From Anaeromyxobacteraceae bacterium (GTDB lineage: Bacteria; Myxococcota; Myxococcia; Myxococcales; Anaeromyxobacteraceae): a DNA stretch of 64,000 nt. Below, in pieces: positions 50,178 to 60,485 of the stretch; within the stretch, counting starts at the first letter, position 1, and every line of letters starts with the position of its first letter. The DNA is taken from contig JASGHJ010000002.1 in the NCBI GenBank assembly GCA_047602405.1, positions 2,784,001-2,848,000 on the forward strand, given 5' to 3'. The notes under the pieces are model-generated. The model was not told where the DNA came from. It searched no databases and saw only the letters and a list, made by a program, of their open reading frames with translations. The position numbers and the translations under genes are program-made.

Positions 50178-51671
50178 CTAGTCCATCGGAGGCGGGAGGG
50201 CCACCCGGGTGATCGAGCCGGCGAGGCCGTACGCCGAGAGCCAGCGGTCCGCCTCGGCCTCCTCCCCGGGCGCGACGCAGACGCGCGCGCCGGGCCGGGC
50301 CCAGCGCGGCACGGTGGGGCCGGCGCGATCGGCGACCCCGTACAGCGCCCGCGCGTCACGCGCGGTCCAGCCCGCGTGCCAGACGGCCGGCCAGACGTTC
50401 CAGTAGGCGCCGGCGAGCGCATCGCAGCGGGCCTCGCGCACGCGCGCGGTGAGCGCGCCGGCGGTGCGGTCGAGGTCGTCCCGCACGCGGACCGGCGAAG
50501 GCGGGCCGAAGGTCCACAGCGCCCCGAGCACGGGGAGCGCCAGCGCCGCGGCCCAGGCGAGCCGCCCGGCGGCCACCCCGGCGCGCCGGGTGCGCGCGAC
50601 GGGCTCCGCGAGGAGCGAGAACGCGGCGACGTGCACGAGCACGAAGCTCGGCGCGAGGTAGCGCCAGTGGAAGCCGTTCCGGGCGACCCACCGGAGCGCG
50701 CCGGCGAGGAGCGCGTAGGCGACCGCGGCCGCGAGGAGCGCGAGCGAGCGTAGGAGGAGCCGCGGGAGCGCCGGGCGGCCCTCGCGCTCGAGCGCGAGGA
50801 GCGCGACGCCGAGCCCGGCGGCGACCGCGAGGGCGCAGGCCCAGCCCGCGCCGAGCGCCCAGGCGTCGCGGAGGAGCGTCGCCCAGGCGCGCGGCCACTC
50901 CGCGAGCGGCAGGAGGCCGGAGGCCTGCGAGGCGTCGACCTCGCGGCCGGCGAGCAGCGGGAACGCGAGCTGGCCGGCGGCGAGGCCGCAGAGGAGCAGC
51001 ACGACGTCGAGGAGCAGGCGGTCGCGGATGCCGGTGCGGTAGGGGGCCGTGCTCCCCGGGGAAGGAAGCAGCTCCTTCTCGGCCTTGTCGACGAGCGCGC
51101 GGGCGACGGCGAGCGGGAGGAGCAGGAGCCCGGCGCCGGCGTTCACCCAGTGCGCGAGGAGCACGAGGAGCGCCCCGAGCGCCACCTGCCCTCCGCCGCG
51201 GCGGCCCCGATCGCCGTGCCCCGGAGAAGCAGGCTCCGCGAGCGCGAGGCCCAGGAGCGCGACGCCCAGCGAGAGCCCGTAGGGCTGGTCGGCGAGCCAC
51301 TCGAAGAGCCACGGCGCGGGCGCGAGCGCGAGGAGCGCGCCCGCGGAGAGGAGGCCGGCGAGGCGCCAGTCGCGCTCCTGGAGCACGTGCCTCGCGAGGA
51401 GGACGACGGCGCCGAGGCTCGCGGTCGCGAGGAGCAGGCGCTGCAGGAGCAGGTTCCAGAGCGGGTCGCGCACCGGGAGCGCGAGGAGCGGCACGAGCAT
51501 GCCGTAGCGCTCCTGCTCCCAGTAGAACGGGGTCCAGCGCTGGAGCGAGACCAGCACCGGCACGAGCGCGTCGGCGTGCTGGTGCGCGTGGAGGCCGCCC
51601 GAGATCGCGCAGGCCGCCCCCGCCGCGACCGCGACGCCGGCGAGCCAGGTGCGGGGGCGGGGCCAGAGCAT
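50178..51671 (-). CDS. Polytopic membrane protein, possibly GT-C-like surface modification enzyme
   Basis: HADALVPVLVSLQRWTPFYWEQERYG first loop then many TM helices; function not recognised. Confidence 0.65.
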   Translation of the reverse strand: MLWPRPRTWLAGVAVAAGAACAISGGLHAHQHADALVPVLVSLQRWTPFYWEQERYGMLVPLLALPVRDPLWNLLLQRLLLATASLGAVVLLARHVLQERDWRLAGLLSAGALLALAPAPWLFEWLADQPYGLSLGVALLGLALAEPASPGHGDRGRRGGGQVALGALLVLLAHWVNAGAGLLLLPLAVARALVDKAEKELLPSPGSTAPYRTGIRDRLLLDVVLLLCGLAAGQLAFPLLAGREVDASQASGLLPLAEWPRAWATLLRDAWALGAGWACALAVAAGLGVALLALEREGRPALPRLLLRSLALLAAAVAYALLAGALRWVARNGFHWRYLAPSFVLVHVAAFSLLAEPVARTRRAGVAAGRLAWAAALALPVLGALWTFGPPSPVRVRDDLDRTAGALTARVREARCDALAGAYWNVWPAVWHAGWTARDARALYGVADRAGPTVPRWARPGARVCVAPGEEAEADRWLSAYGLAGSITRVALPPPMD

Positions 51672-51680
51672 TGCGGTCCG

Positions 51681-51722
51681 CCTCTCGTCTCCGCCGCCGC
51701 TGCGCGGCGGCTACGCTCGAGG
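51681..51722 (-). repeat. REP-like hairpin element (family A)
   Basis: Minus: CCTCGAGCGTAG-ccgccgc-gca-gcggcgg-CGGAGACGAGAGG. Confidence 0.75.
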
Positions 51723-51762
51723 CGAACGGGGTGGAGGTTCCGCCCGCTCCCGTCCCTCCAAG

Positions 51763-52473
51763 CTACTTCCCCTGCTCCATCCGGAGCTTCGCCTCGGCCG
51801 CCAGCGCGCGGACGGAGAAGCCCGGCGTCTGGCTGGCCTCGTCGGTCGCGTTCTCGGGGAACGGGCGCGCGGCGGCGCGGAGCTTCTCGAGCTGCTCGGG
51901 CGCGAGCTCGGACGGCCGGCGGAGCCACGGGTCGTAGTGGTACGAGACCGGCGGCCCGCGCAGGAGGCGGTGCTCGTCCCAGATTTGCGCGGCCCGGCTG
52001 TAGGACGGCGGCGTGTGCTCGCCGGAGTCCATCCGGATGGCGTCCTTCGGGCACGCCTCGACGCAGAAGCCGCAGACCACGCAGCGGAGCTCGTCGATGA
52101 CGAACTTCACCGGGTACTTCTCGATGGGGTCGTCCGGCAGCTCGCCCGCCTCGATGTAGATGCACTGGGCCGGGCAGGCCGTCGCGCACATGTAGCAGGC
52201 GACGCAGCGCGGGTTGCCGTCCTCGCGCGGCACGAGCCGGTGCAGGCCGCGGTAGCCGGGCGGGTACGGCGTCCGCTCCTCCGGGTACTGCACGGTCATG
52301 TTGTCCGAGTACCCGAACCCGCGCGGGCGCTCGAGCACGTCGGGGTTGCGGTCGCGCGCGAAGAACAGGTTGCGGAAGAAGTGCTTCGCGACCTGGCCGA
52401 TGCCCCGGACGATCTCCGGGAAGTACATCGACTCGCGCAGGTCGGGCGGACGGTTGTCGAGCTGGTACGGCAT
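51763..52473 (-). CDS. nuoI: NADH-quinone oxidoreductase subunit I (cluster 1)
   Basis: [31 protein letters not shown]. Confidence 0.93.
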   Translation of the reverse strand: MPYQLDNRPPDLRESMYFPEIVRGIGQVAKHFFRNLFFARDRNPDVLERPRGFGYSDNMTVQYPEERTPYPPGYRGLHRLVPREDGNPRCVACYMCATACPAQCIYIEAGELPDDPIEKYPVKFVIDELRCVVCGFCVEACPKDAIRMDSGEHTPPSYSRAAQIWDEHRLLRGPPVSYHYDPWLRRPSELAPEQLEKLRAAARPFPENATDEASQTPGFSVRALAAEAKLRMEQGK

Positions 52474-52477
52474 GGGT

Positions 52478-53914
52478 CTAGTGCCCCCCCGCGGCGGCGG
52501 CCGGCGCGTGGCCGTGGTCGTCCTTCGCGCCGTGCGCCCCGTGCCCGTGACCGCGCGCGGCGGTCTCCGGCCGGTGGCCCACGGCGGCGGTGACGATGGC
52601 GATGACGACGATGGTGCCGAACCCGAGCCACGCGAGCGGCCGGAGGTCCTCGGGGTCGAGCGCCGGCGTCCCGTCGTAGGACAGGAGCGCGATGGCCGCC
52701 GTGACGAAGACGTTCACGAGCGCGGCGGGCAGCAGGATCTTCCAGCAGAGCTTCTGGATCTGGTCGTACCGGAAGCGCGGCAGGAGCCAGCGGATCGTGA
52801 TCTGCAGCCACATCATCACGATCATCTTCACGAGGAAGGCGCCGGCGCAGATGGCCCCGAACCAGAGCGGCGACACCTGCGCGCGCAGCCAGTCGGGCGA
52901 GACGAACGGGTGCCACCCGCCGAGGAACACGGCGGTGACCGTCGCCGAGAGCACCACGATCTCGACGAACTCGGCGAGGAACATGAGGCCGAACTTCATG
53001 CCCGAGTACTCGATGAAGTACCCGACGATCTCCGACTCGCCCTCGGGGAGGTCGAACGGCGCGCGCTTCGTCTCGGCGAAGGCGGACGCGAAGAAGATGA
53101 GGAAGCCCACCGGCTGCAGGAGGATGCCCCAGGCCGGGATGCCGCCGATGACCGGGACCGCCTGCGCCACGGCCATCTCGTCGAGGCGGAGCGTCCGGAA
53201 CGCGATCATCGAGCCGACGAGCGCGAGGCCGAGCGAGACCTCGTAGGAGATCATCTGCGAGGAGGCGCGGACGCCGCCGAGGAGCGCGAGCTTGTTGTTC
53301 GAGGACCAGCCCGCGAGCGAGGTGCCGTAGACCTGCAGGGACGCGAGGGCGAAGAGGTAGATGAGGCCCGCGTCGATGGAGGCGACCTGCAGCGGGACGT
53401 CGATGGCGCCCTGCGCGCCGCCCCAGAGGGAGGCGAGCGGGAGCGCCGGGCCCACCGGGATGATCGCGAAGAGCGCGAACACCGGGGCGAACGCGAGGAT
53501 CGGGCCGAGCTCGTAGAGGATCCGGGTGAGGCCCTGCGGCTCGACGCGCTCCTTCGTGAGCATCTTGAGCGCGTCGGCGACGAGGAACGGGATGCCGCCG
53601 AGCGCCGAGCCGAAGACCTTGATGCGGTTCGCGCCGATGCGGTTCTGCAGGAGCGCGGACCACTTGCGCTCCGCCACCGTCAGGAGCGAGCCCGAGATCA
53701 TCATCGCCACGAGCATCAGGAAGACGACGTTCGAGATCGACGAGCCGTAGTAGACGAGCACCGGGTCGATGCCCGTCTCGCCGGTGAAGAAGTGCACGGC
53801 GTTGTTGAGCCCCACGCCGAGCGCGCCCGCGGAGAGGTAGGCGAGCGCGCCGAAGCCGACGAGCAGCCCCACCAGCACGAGCAGCATCACCACCATGCCG
53901 AAGAAGCGGTTCAC
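52478..53914 (-). CDS. nuoH: NADH-quinone oxidoreductase subunit H (cluster 1)
   Basis: [49 protein letters not shown] overlap with nuoG. Confidence 0.95.
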   Translation of the reverse strand: MNRFFGMVVMLLVLVGLLVGFGALAYLSAGALGVGLNNAVHFFTGETGIDPVLVYYGSSISNVVFLMLVAMMISGSLLTVAERKWSALLQNRIGANRIKVFGSALGGIPFLVADALKMLTKERVEPQGLTRILYELGPILAFAPVFALFAIIPVGPALPLASLWGGAQGAIDVPLQVASIDAGLIYLFALASLQVYGTSLAGWSSNNKLALLGGVRASSQMISYEVSLGLALVGSMIAFRTLRLDEMAVAQAVPVIGGIPAWGILLQPVGFLIFFASAFAETKRAPFDLPEGESEIVGYFIEYSGMKFGLMFLAEFVEIVVLSATVTAVFLGGWHPFVSPDWLRAQVSPLWFGAICAGAFLVKMIVMMWLQITIRWLLPRFRYDQIQKLCWKILLPAALVNVFVTAAIALLSYDGTPALDPEDLRPLAWLGFGTIVVIAIVTAAVGHRPETAARGHGHGAHGAKDDHGHAPAAAAGGH

Positions 53915-55701
53915 GGCGTCTCCCCTCCGGCACGCGAGGAACTCAGCACCGGCAGCGTCTTGCGGTAGTCCTCGGTGATGCCCGGGTCGGTGCGGTCGCG
54001 GTAGCCGGGCAGGCGCCCGTCGACCGTGCCGGCCGCGAGCGGGACGATGCCCGGGCGCTTCGCGATCGACGGCATCGCGTCGAAGGCGTAGTCGCCGAGC
54101 GCGCCCCCGAGGCGCGGCGCGAGGGCGAGGTGGGCCTCGCGGGCGTTCTGGAACGCGAGCTTCGCCTGGCCGAGCGCGCGCCCGACCGCGGCGGCGAGCC
54201 ACCAGTGCGGCCTCGAGTCGCCGGCCGGCCAGTACGCCATCTCGAAGCGCTGGGCCCTCCCCTCGAAGTTGACGAACGTGCCGTCGGACTCCGCGGCGGT
54301 GGCCGCGGGGAGGAGCAGCGTCGCCTGGTGCGCGAGCGGCGCCTCGCCGAAGGCCTGCACCACCAGCACCTCGGCCCTGCCGAGGCGCGCCGCGAGGGCG
54401 GCGTCCGGCAGCTCCGCGCCGACCGCCCAGATCGCCTTCACCTTCCCGGCCTCGACGAGCCCGGCGAGGTCGGCGGCCGGGCGGACCGCGAGGCCGAGCG
54501 CCTGCGCGACGAGCTCGAGGCCCTTGCGGTTCGGGTTCTCGTCGGCCTTCTTGAGGAACGCGTCCTCGCGGCCGTCGGGGCGGCCGCCCACGAAGACCTC
54601 GCGCACGCCGAGCGCGTCCTTCGCGACGACCGCGGCCGCGAGGAGGTCCTCGACCGAGCCGACCGGCGAGAGGAGCACGCCGAGCACGCCGGCCTTCGCG
54701 GCCGTCGCGAGCTGCCCGGCCGCCTTCGCGATCGCGCCGTCGAGCGCGAGCGTCTGCGCGGCTGCGCCGCGGCCCTCCTTCGCGAGGCGGGCCCGGCCGT
54801 TGTTCAGGTACTTGTACGAGAGCCGGCCGTCGTCACACATCCACTCCTGGTTCACGGCCTCGTTCTCGCGGGGCCGGTACCGGTAGGTGACGCCGTCGTG
54901 GTAGTCGAGGAACGTGTTGCACCCGCGCGAGCAGCCGGTGCAGACCGAGCGCGCCGAGCTCATGAACCAGACCCGGCCGCGGAAGCGGAAGTCGGTCGAG
55001 GTGAGCGCGCCGACCGGGCAGATGTCGACCACGTTGCCGGCGTACTTCGAGTCGAGCGGCTGGCCGGGGAAGGTCGTGATCGCGCTCCTGTTGCCGCGGT
55101 TCTCGACGCCGAGCTGCGGCTCCTTCGCGACCTCGCGCATGAAGCGGACGCAGCGGGTGCAGAGGATGCAGCGCTCCTCGTCGAGCGTGACGAGGGGCCC
55201 GAGCTTCACCCGCTTGTTCTTCTGGACCTTCGGGACGTCCAGCCGGGAGGGCTGGCGGTCGAAGGTCATGTAGTAGTCCTGCAGCTTGCACTCGCCGGAC
55301 TGGTCGCAGATCGGGCAGTCGACCGGGTGGTTCAGGAGGAGGAACTCGAGCGTCGCGCGCTGCTGGTCCTTCACGCGCGGCGTGTCGGTCTTCACCACCA
55401 CGTTCTCGGCGAGCGTCGCCTGGCAGGACGGCTGGAGCTTGCCACCCGGCGAGTTCGACATCTCGACGAGGCACATCCGGCAGTTGGCCGCGATGCTGAG
55501 GCGCTTGTGGTAGCAGTAGTACGGGATGTCGATCCCGAGCCCCTTCGCCGCCTCGATGACGGTCGTGCCGGGCTTCACCACCACCTCGCGCCCGTCGATC
55601 GTCGCCGTCACGAACCCCGGGTTCTTCGGGGGCGGCGGCGCGGGGGGCCCCGCGGGCTTCGGCGGGGGCGGCGCAGGGGCGGGCTTGTTCTCTTCGGCCA
55701 T
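53911..55701 (-). CDS. nuoG: NADH-quinone oxidoreductase subunit G (cluster 1)
   Basis: CY..CRMC..C (2Fe-2S), HPVDCPICDQSGEC, CILCTRC..CPVGAL, CTGCSRGC..C. Confidence 0.92.
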   Translation of the reverse strand: MAEENKPAPAPPPPKPAGPPAPPPPKNPGFVTATIDGREVVVKPGTTVIEAAKGLGIDIPYYCYHKRLSIAANCRMCLVEMSNSPGGKLQPSCQATLAENVVVKTDTPRVKDQQRATLEFLLLNHPVDCPICDQSGECKLQDYYMTFDRQPSRLDVPKVQKNKRVKLGPLVTLDEERCILCTRCVRFMREVAKEPQLGVENRGNRSAITTFPGQPLDSKYAGNVVDICPVGALTSTDFRFRGRVWFMSSARSVCTGCSRGCNTFLDYHDGVTYRYRPRENEAVNQEWMCDDGRLSYKYLNNGRARLAKEGRGAAAQTLALDGAIAKAAGQLATAAKAGVLGVLLSPVGSVEDLLAAAVVAKDALGVREVFVGGRPDGREDAFLKKADENPNRKGLELVAQALGLAVRPAADLAGLVEAGKVKAIWAVGAELPDAALAARLGRAEVLVVQAFGEAPLAHQATLLLPAATAAESDGTFVNFEGRAQRFEMAYWPAGDSRPHWWLAAAVGRALGQAKLAFQNAREAHLALAPRLGGALGDYAFDAMPSIAKRPGIVPLAAGTVDGRLPGYRDRTDPGITEDYRKTLPVLSSSRAGGETP

Positions 55702-55731
55702 GGTCGTTCTCGGGGGGGTGACCGGGGGCGG

Positions 55732-57036
55732 CTACTGCTCGACCTCGCCGCCGATCATGTTGATGCTGTCGAAGGTGGGGACGAGGTCGGAGAGCAGGTG
55801 CCCCTTCGTCATGTGGGGCAGCGCCGCCAGCATCGGCCAGCCCGGCGCGCGCAGGCCGAGCTTGTACGGCCGGCCGCCGCCGTCGGACACGACGTAGAAG
55901 CCGAGCTCGCCGTTCGCCGCCTCGGTGTACCCGTAGGCCTCGCCGGCGGGGACCTTGATCCCCTCCATCACGAGCTTGAAGTGCGCCATCGCGCCCTCGA
56001 TCGTCCCGTAGACGAGCGGCTTCGGCGGGAGCGCGTAGCGGAAGTCCTTCACGATGATGTCGCCGGGGCCCATCTGCTGGAACGCCTGGCGGACGATCCG
56101 GTCGGACTGGCGCATCTCCTCGATCCGCATGAGGTAGCGGTCGAAGTTGTCGCCGTTCGAGCCGACCGGGACGTCGAAGTCGAACCGGTCGTAGAGCATG
56201 TACGGCTGCGCCTTGCGGAGGTCCCACGGCTCGCCGGAGGCGCGCAGGCATGGGCCGGTGAAGCCGAGGTCGATCGCGTCCTCGCGGGTCACGACCCCGG
56301 TGTGGCGGGTGCGGTCGAGGAAGATGCGGTTGCGGGTGAGCAGCCCGTCGATCTCGTCGCGGAGCAGCGTCACGCGGTCGAGCGTGCGGGTGGTCTTCTC
56401 GATCCAGCCCTCCGGCACGTCGCGCGCGACGCCGCCGATGCGGGCGTAGTTCGAGGTGAGCCGCGCGCCGCACAGCTCGGCGAGGCGGTCCCACAGCATG
56501 TCGCGCGCCTCGATGCCGTAGAGGAACACGGTCATCGCGCCGAGCTCCATGCCCATGGCGCCGACCAGCGTGAGGTGGTCGCAGATGCGGTGGATCTCGG
56601 AGGTGATGGTGCGCAGGTACGTCGCGCGCTCGGGCACCTCGAGCTTGCAGAGCTTCTCGACGGCGAGCGCGAACCCGACGTTGTTCATGATCGAGCTGAC
56701 GTAGTTCAGCCGATCCGTGTACGGGAAGCACTGCGTCCAGGTCACGTTCTCGCAGCTCTTCTCGAACCCCCGGTGCAGGAAGCCGATGTCGAGCTTCATG
56801 TCGGTGATGATCTCGCCGTCGAGCTCCACCACCGCGCGCGTGACGCCGTGCATGGCGGGGTGGGACGGGCCGAGGTTCACCACCATCCGCTTCGAGTCGA
56901 GCGGGGCGTCGAGCTCCGAGGGGGCGCGCGCCGCGCGCTCCTTGCCGAGGGCCGGCGCGGGCACGCCGGAGCCGCCGCTGCCGGGGGTCTCCCGCGTGTC
57001 CTCGCCCGCCCTTCCGTGTGGGGTCTCGGTGTCCAT
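55732..57036 (-). CDS. nuoD: NADH-quinone oxidoreductase subunit D (cluster 1)
   Basis: NLGPSHPAMHG, GFLHRGFEK, DRLNY, GGEVEQ. Confidence 0.95.
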   Translation of the reverse strand: MDTETPHGRAGEDTRETPGSGGSGVPAPALGKERAARAPSELDAPLDSKRMVVNLGPSHPAMHGVTRAVVELDGEIITDMKLDIGFLHRGFEKSCENVTWTQCFPYTDRLNYVSSIMNNVGFALAVEKLCKLEVPERATYLRTITSEIHRICDHLTLVGAMGMELGAMTVFLYGIEARDMLWDRLAELCGARLTSNYARIGGVARDVPEGWIEKTTRTLDRVTLLRDEIDGLLTRNRIFLDRTRHTGVVTREDAIDLGFTGPCLRASGEPWDLRKAQPYMLYDRFDFDVPVGSNGDNFDRYLMRIEEMRQSDRIVRQAFQQMGPGDIIVKDFRYALPPKPLVYGTIEGAMAHFKLVMEGIKVPAGEAYGYTEAANGELGFYVVSDGGGRPYKLGLRAPGWPMLAALPHMTKGHLLSDLVPTFDSINMIGGEVEQ

Positions 57037-57045
57037 GGGGGGTCC

Positions 57046-57570
57046 CTAGTCGCGCCCGGCGGGGCCGGGGCCGCGGAAGATGTCGTCGACCTGGCGCTCG
57101 GGCACGAGCGGCTGGCGCGCCTTCAGCGGGTAATCCTTCCTCAGCGGGTGCCCGACGAACTCGTCGTACATGAGCAGGCGCCGCGGGTCGGGGTGGTTCT
57201 CGAACCGGATGCCGTACATGTCGAGGCAGTACCGCTCGAACCAGTCCACGCCGCGCCAGACCGGGGTGACGGTCGGGACCACGCAGTCGGCCTCGGACAC
57301 CTTCACCCTCAGGCGCACGCGCTGGTTCGTGCGGGTGGAGACGAGGTTGTAGACCACCTCGAAGCGCGGGTCCTTGCCGAGGTAGTCGACCGCCGTGATG
57401 TACGGCGCGAGGTTCATCTGCAGCCTCGGGTCGTCCTTCAGGAACCGGCAGACCTCGAGGATGCGCTCCTTCTTCACGAACGCGCAGTCGTCGCCGCCGA
57501 CGCCCTCGTAGGTGTCGTACACGGCGTCCGGGAAGCGCTCGACGAGCGCGGCGATGGCGGCCTTGGACAT
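57046..57570 (-). CDS. nuoC: NADH-quinone oxidoreductase subunit C (cluster 1)
   Basis: [33 protein letters not shown]. Confidence 0.95.
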   Translation of the reverse strand: MSKAAIAALVERFPDAVYDTYEGVGGDDCAFVKKERILEVCRFLKDDPRLQMNLAPYITAVDYLGKDPRFEVVYNLVSTRTNQRVRLRVKVSEADCVVPTVTPVWRGVDWFERYCLDMYGIRFENHPDPRRLLMYDEFVGHPLRKDYPLKARQPLVPERQVDDIFRGPGPAGRD

Positions 57571-57580
57571 GGGGCCTTCC

Positions 57581-58132
57581 TCAGCGCGTCCCCGGCTCGC
57601 CGCCGAGGGTGGGCAGGGGCTTGCGGTCGATGACCTTGTGGTGCTGGTCCTGGATCTTCTTCTGCAGGAGCATGATGCCGTCGAGCACCTGCTCCGGCCG
57701 CGGCGGGCAGCCCGGGATGTACACGTCCACCGGGACGATCCGGTCGATGCCCTGCACCGTGGCGTAGTTGTCGTAGAAGCCGCCCGACGACGCGCACACG
57801 CCGAACGCGATGACCCACTTCGGATCGGCCATCTGCTCGTAGATGCGGCGGAGGATCGGCGCCTGCTTCACGTTCACCGTGCCGACGACCATGAGCAGGT
57901 CGGCCTGCCGGGGCGAGAAGCGAGGAAGCGCCGCGCCGAACCGGTCGACGTCGTACCGGGCCGAGGCGACGGTCATGTACTCCATGCCGCAGCAGGCGGT
58001 GACGAAGGGGTACTGGAAGAGCGAGTACTTGCGCGCCCAGCCCAGGCCCTTCGAGACGAGGTTCTGGAGGAAGCCCTGGGCCTCCTCTCGCCGGGTGGTG
58101 ATCGCGGGGACGGCTTCGAGGTCGGTGGACAT
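57581..58132 (-). CDS. nuoB: NADH-quinone oxidoreductase subunit B (cluster 1)
   Basis: ACCGME, SPRQAD, GVCASSGG, PGCPPRP. Confidence 0.95.
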   Translation of the reverse strand: MSTDLEAVPAITTRREEAQGFLQNLVSKGLGWARKYSLFQYPFVTACCGMEYMTVASARYDVDRFGAALPRFSPRQADLLMVVGTVNVKQAPILRRIYEQMADPKWVIAFGVCASSGGFYDNYATVQGIDRIVPVDVYIPGCPPRPEQVLDGIMLLQKKIQDQHHKVIDRKPLPTLGGEPGTR

Positions 58133-58152
58133 CGCGGTTCCTATCTAACGGC

Positions 58153-58536
58153 CTAATCCGCCCAGTCGAGGACGCCCTTCTTCCACACGTAGACGAGGCC
58201 GGCGACGAGGGTGAAGACGAAGATCCCCATCGACACGAACCCGGGCCAGCCGAGGCCGGGGTAGCCCTCGCTCGGCAGGAGGAGCACGGCCCACGGGTAG
58301 AGGAAGATCGCCTCGATGTCGAAGACGATGAAGAGCAGCGCCACCACGTAGAACTTCACGCCGAACCGCTCGCGGGACGAGCCGACCGGCACGGAGCCGC
58401 ACTCGAACGGCATCTGCTTAACCGCGCTCGGGCGCCGCGGACCGAGGGTGTTCGCGAGGCCGACCATCAGCGCGGCGATTCCGATGGCCACCAACAGGAC
58501 GATGCCGATGGGGAAATAGGTCTGGAGGGCGGTCAT
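58153..58536 (-). CDS. nuoA: NADH-quinone oxidoreductase subunit A (cluster 1)
   Basis: PFECG, FYVVALLFIVFDIE, KKGVLDW. Confidence 0.95.
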   Translation of the reverse strand: MTALQTYFPIGIVLLVAIGIAALMVGLANTLGPRRPSAVKQMPFECGSVPVGSSRERFGVKFYVVALLFIVFDIEAIFLYPWAVLLLPSEGYPGLGWPGFVSMGIFVFTLVAGLVYVWKKGVLDWAD

Positions 58537-58584
58537 GGGCGCTGGGGGGACAGCTTGCCACGGTGCCTGTGTGAGGGCGTCCTC

Positions 58585-58744
58585 CAAATGCCGGTGATGA
58601 CTCGGCTTGTCAACGCTTTTCCCGGACGGAAGGACCGCCCGCCCCACCCGCACCGCAGGTCAGCAATTCCCTGCGACCGGTCACCACGGGATGCGGTGCG
58701 GCGCCGCAGGTGCCCCTTGACTTCGGGGTCCCCTTCTGTATGCT
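58585..58744. promoter_or_regulatory. Divergent promoter region between the two nuo clusters
   Basis: Minus TTGACA at 58608-58613 (weak -10); plus TTGACT (58717-58722) - 16 nt - TATGCT (58739-58744). Confidence 0.55.
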
Positions 58745-58812
58745 GCGCCCCCGAAAACCTAATCCTGTCGCCTGGATAGCCACGCCCCACCCGCCGAAGT
58801 ACGGAGGAACCC

Positions 58813-59286
58813 GTGGGCTTCGAGTTCGGCGCAGTACTGGTCTTTGCGGTCGTCGCGGTCGGTTTCGCCCTCGGCGGAATCACCCTGTCGCGCCTGGTGG
58901 GTCCGAAGTTCCCATCGGCGGACAAGGCGAGCGTCTACGAGTGCGGCGAGCGGCCCATCGGGACCGCCTGGTTCAACTTCAACCCGCGCTTCTACCTCGT
59001 GGCCCTGGTGTTCGTGGTCTTCGAGGTCGAGATCGCGCTCACCTTCCCGGTGGTGGTCGTCTACCGGGCCTGGGTGAACGCCGGGGCCTCCTTCGCCTGG
59101 GTGGCCTTCCTCGAGATCCTGGTCTTCACGGTCATCCTGATCGTCGGCCTCGCGTGGGCCTGGGCCCACGGCGACCTCGACTGGGTGAAGGAGCTGCGGA
59201 CCACGGACGCACGCCCCGCCGCCCCGACCGGCCCCGAGACCGCCGTGAACCCCGAGTCCCACCCGCAGAAGAAGGTGGCGGCCTAA
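58813..59286 (+). CDS. nuoA: NADH-quinone oxidoreductase subunit A (cluster 2)
   Basis: [32 protein letters not shown]. Confidence 0.93.
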   Translation: MGFEFGAVLVFAVVAVGFALGGITLSRLVGPKFPSADKASVYECGERPIGTAWFNFNPRFYLVALVFVVFEVEIALTFPVVVVYRAWVNAGASFAWVAFLEILVFTVILIVGLAWAWAHGDLDWVKELRTTDARPAAPTGPETAVNPESHPQKKVAA

Positions 59287-59308
59287 GGCCGCCGCCGGGG
59301 GAACCCCC

Positions 59309-59827
59309 GTGCCCCAGAACTACGCACCCTCGGCCGGCGGAGAGGTCACCCTCTTCCACACGAGCCAGCTCGACCACCTCATCAACATGGCCCGCGAGAG
59401 CTCGCTCTGGTACCTGCTCTTCGGCCTCGCCTGCTGCGGCATCGAGCTCATCCAGACCGGCGGCCCGCGCGCCGACCTCATGCGCTTCGGCGCGATCCCG
59501 CGCGCGAGCCCGCGCCAGGCCGACTTCATGATCGTGGCCGGCACGCTCACCTACAAGATGGCCGAGCGGGCGAAGCTGCTCTACGAGCAGATGAGCGAGC
59601 CGAAGTACGTGATCTCGATGGGCTCGTGCTCGAACTGCGGCGGCCTCTTCCAGCAGTCGTACTCGGTGTGCAAGGGCGTCGACAAGATGTTCCCCGTCGA
59701 CGTCTACGTCCCCGGCTGCCCGCCGCGCCCCGAGGCGCTCACCGAGGGGCTCATCCGGCTGCAGGAGATCGTCCGCCAGGAGCGCTGGTCGCTGAAGCGC
59801 CGGCCCATCCGCCAGGGCGCCCGGTAG
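59309..59827 (+). CDS. nuoB: NADH-quinone oxidoreductase subunit B (cluster 2)
   Basis: [30 protein letters not shown]. Confidence 0.95.
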   Translation: MPQNYAPSAGGEVTLFHTSQLDHLINMARESSLWYLLFGLACCGIELIQTGGPRADLMRFGAIPRASPRQADFMIVAGTLTYKMAERAKLLYEQMSEPKYVISMGSCSNCGGLFQQSYSVCKGVDKMFPVDVYVPGCPPRPEALTEGLIRLQEIVRQERWSLKRRPIRQGAR

Positions 59828-59862
59828 TCCCCTCGCCCGCCAGGCCCACGGAGAACGCCGCG

Positions 59863-60483
59863 ATGACGCCCCAGGAGATCCAGGCCGCGCTCGCCGGGAA
59901 GTTCGGCGAGGCCGTCGGCCCGATGGCCGAGACGAAGCGGGACCCCTTCTTCACGGTGAGGAAGGACGCGATCGTCGAGGTCTGCCGCTTCGCGAAGGAG
60001 GACCCCGCGCTGGCGATGGACTGCCTCGAGGACCTCACCGCCCTCGACTGGCCGGCGAGGAAGGTCATCGAGGTGGTGCTGCACCTCTGGTCCTTCCGCC
60101 ACCGCCACGGCGCGTGCGTGAAGGTGGAGCTGCCCCGCGACGCGCCGGCCGTGCACTCGCTCACCGGCGTGTGGCGCGCGGCCGACTGGTTCGAGCGCGA
60201 GGTGCTCGACCTCTTCGGCGTGACGTTCGAGGGGCACCCGGACCCGCGGCGGATCATGCTGCCCGACGACTGGGAGGGCCACCCGCTCAGGAAGGACTAC
60301 GTCGAGACGGGCGGCTGGCACGGCATCTCCAACGAGCGCGAGAACCCGCTCGTGGAGCTCCGCCGGCTCGACGAGGTGAAGCGGGCGGAGCTGAAGGCGG
60401 CTGCGGTGAACGTGGCCGCTCATCCTGAGCGTAGCGCCGGCGCAGCCGGCGCGGAGTCGAAGGACGCCCCGGAGGGCACCTAG
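59863..60483 (+). CDS. nuoC: NADH-quinone oxidoreductase subunit C (cluster 2), repeat-derived C-terminal tail
   Basis: [28 protein letters not shown]. Confidence 0.93.
   Translation: MTPQEIQAALAGKFGEAVGPMAETKRDPFFTVRKDAIVEVCRFAKEDPALAMDCLEDLTALDWPARKVIEVVLHLWSFRHRHGACVKVELPRDAPAVHSLTGVWRAADWFEREVLDLFGVTFEGHPDPRRIMLPDDWEGHPLRKDYVETGGWHGISNERENPLVELRRLDEVKRAELKAAAVNVAAHPERSAGAAGAESKDAPEGT
60423..60465 (+). repeat. REP-like hairpin element (family A) inside nuoC coding sequence
   Basis: TCCTGAGCGTAG-cgccggc-gca-gccggcg-CGGAGTCGAAGGAC. Confidence 0.8.
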
Positions 60484-60485
60484 CC

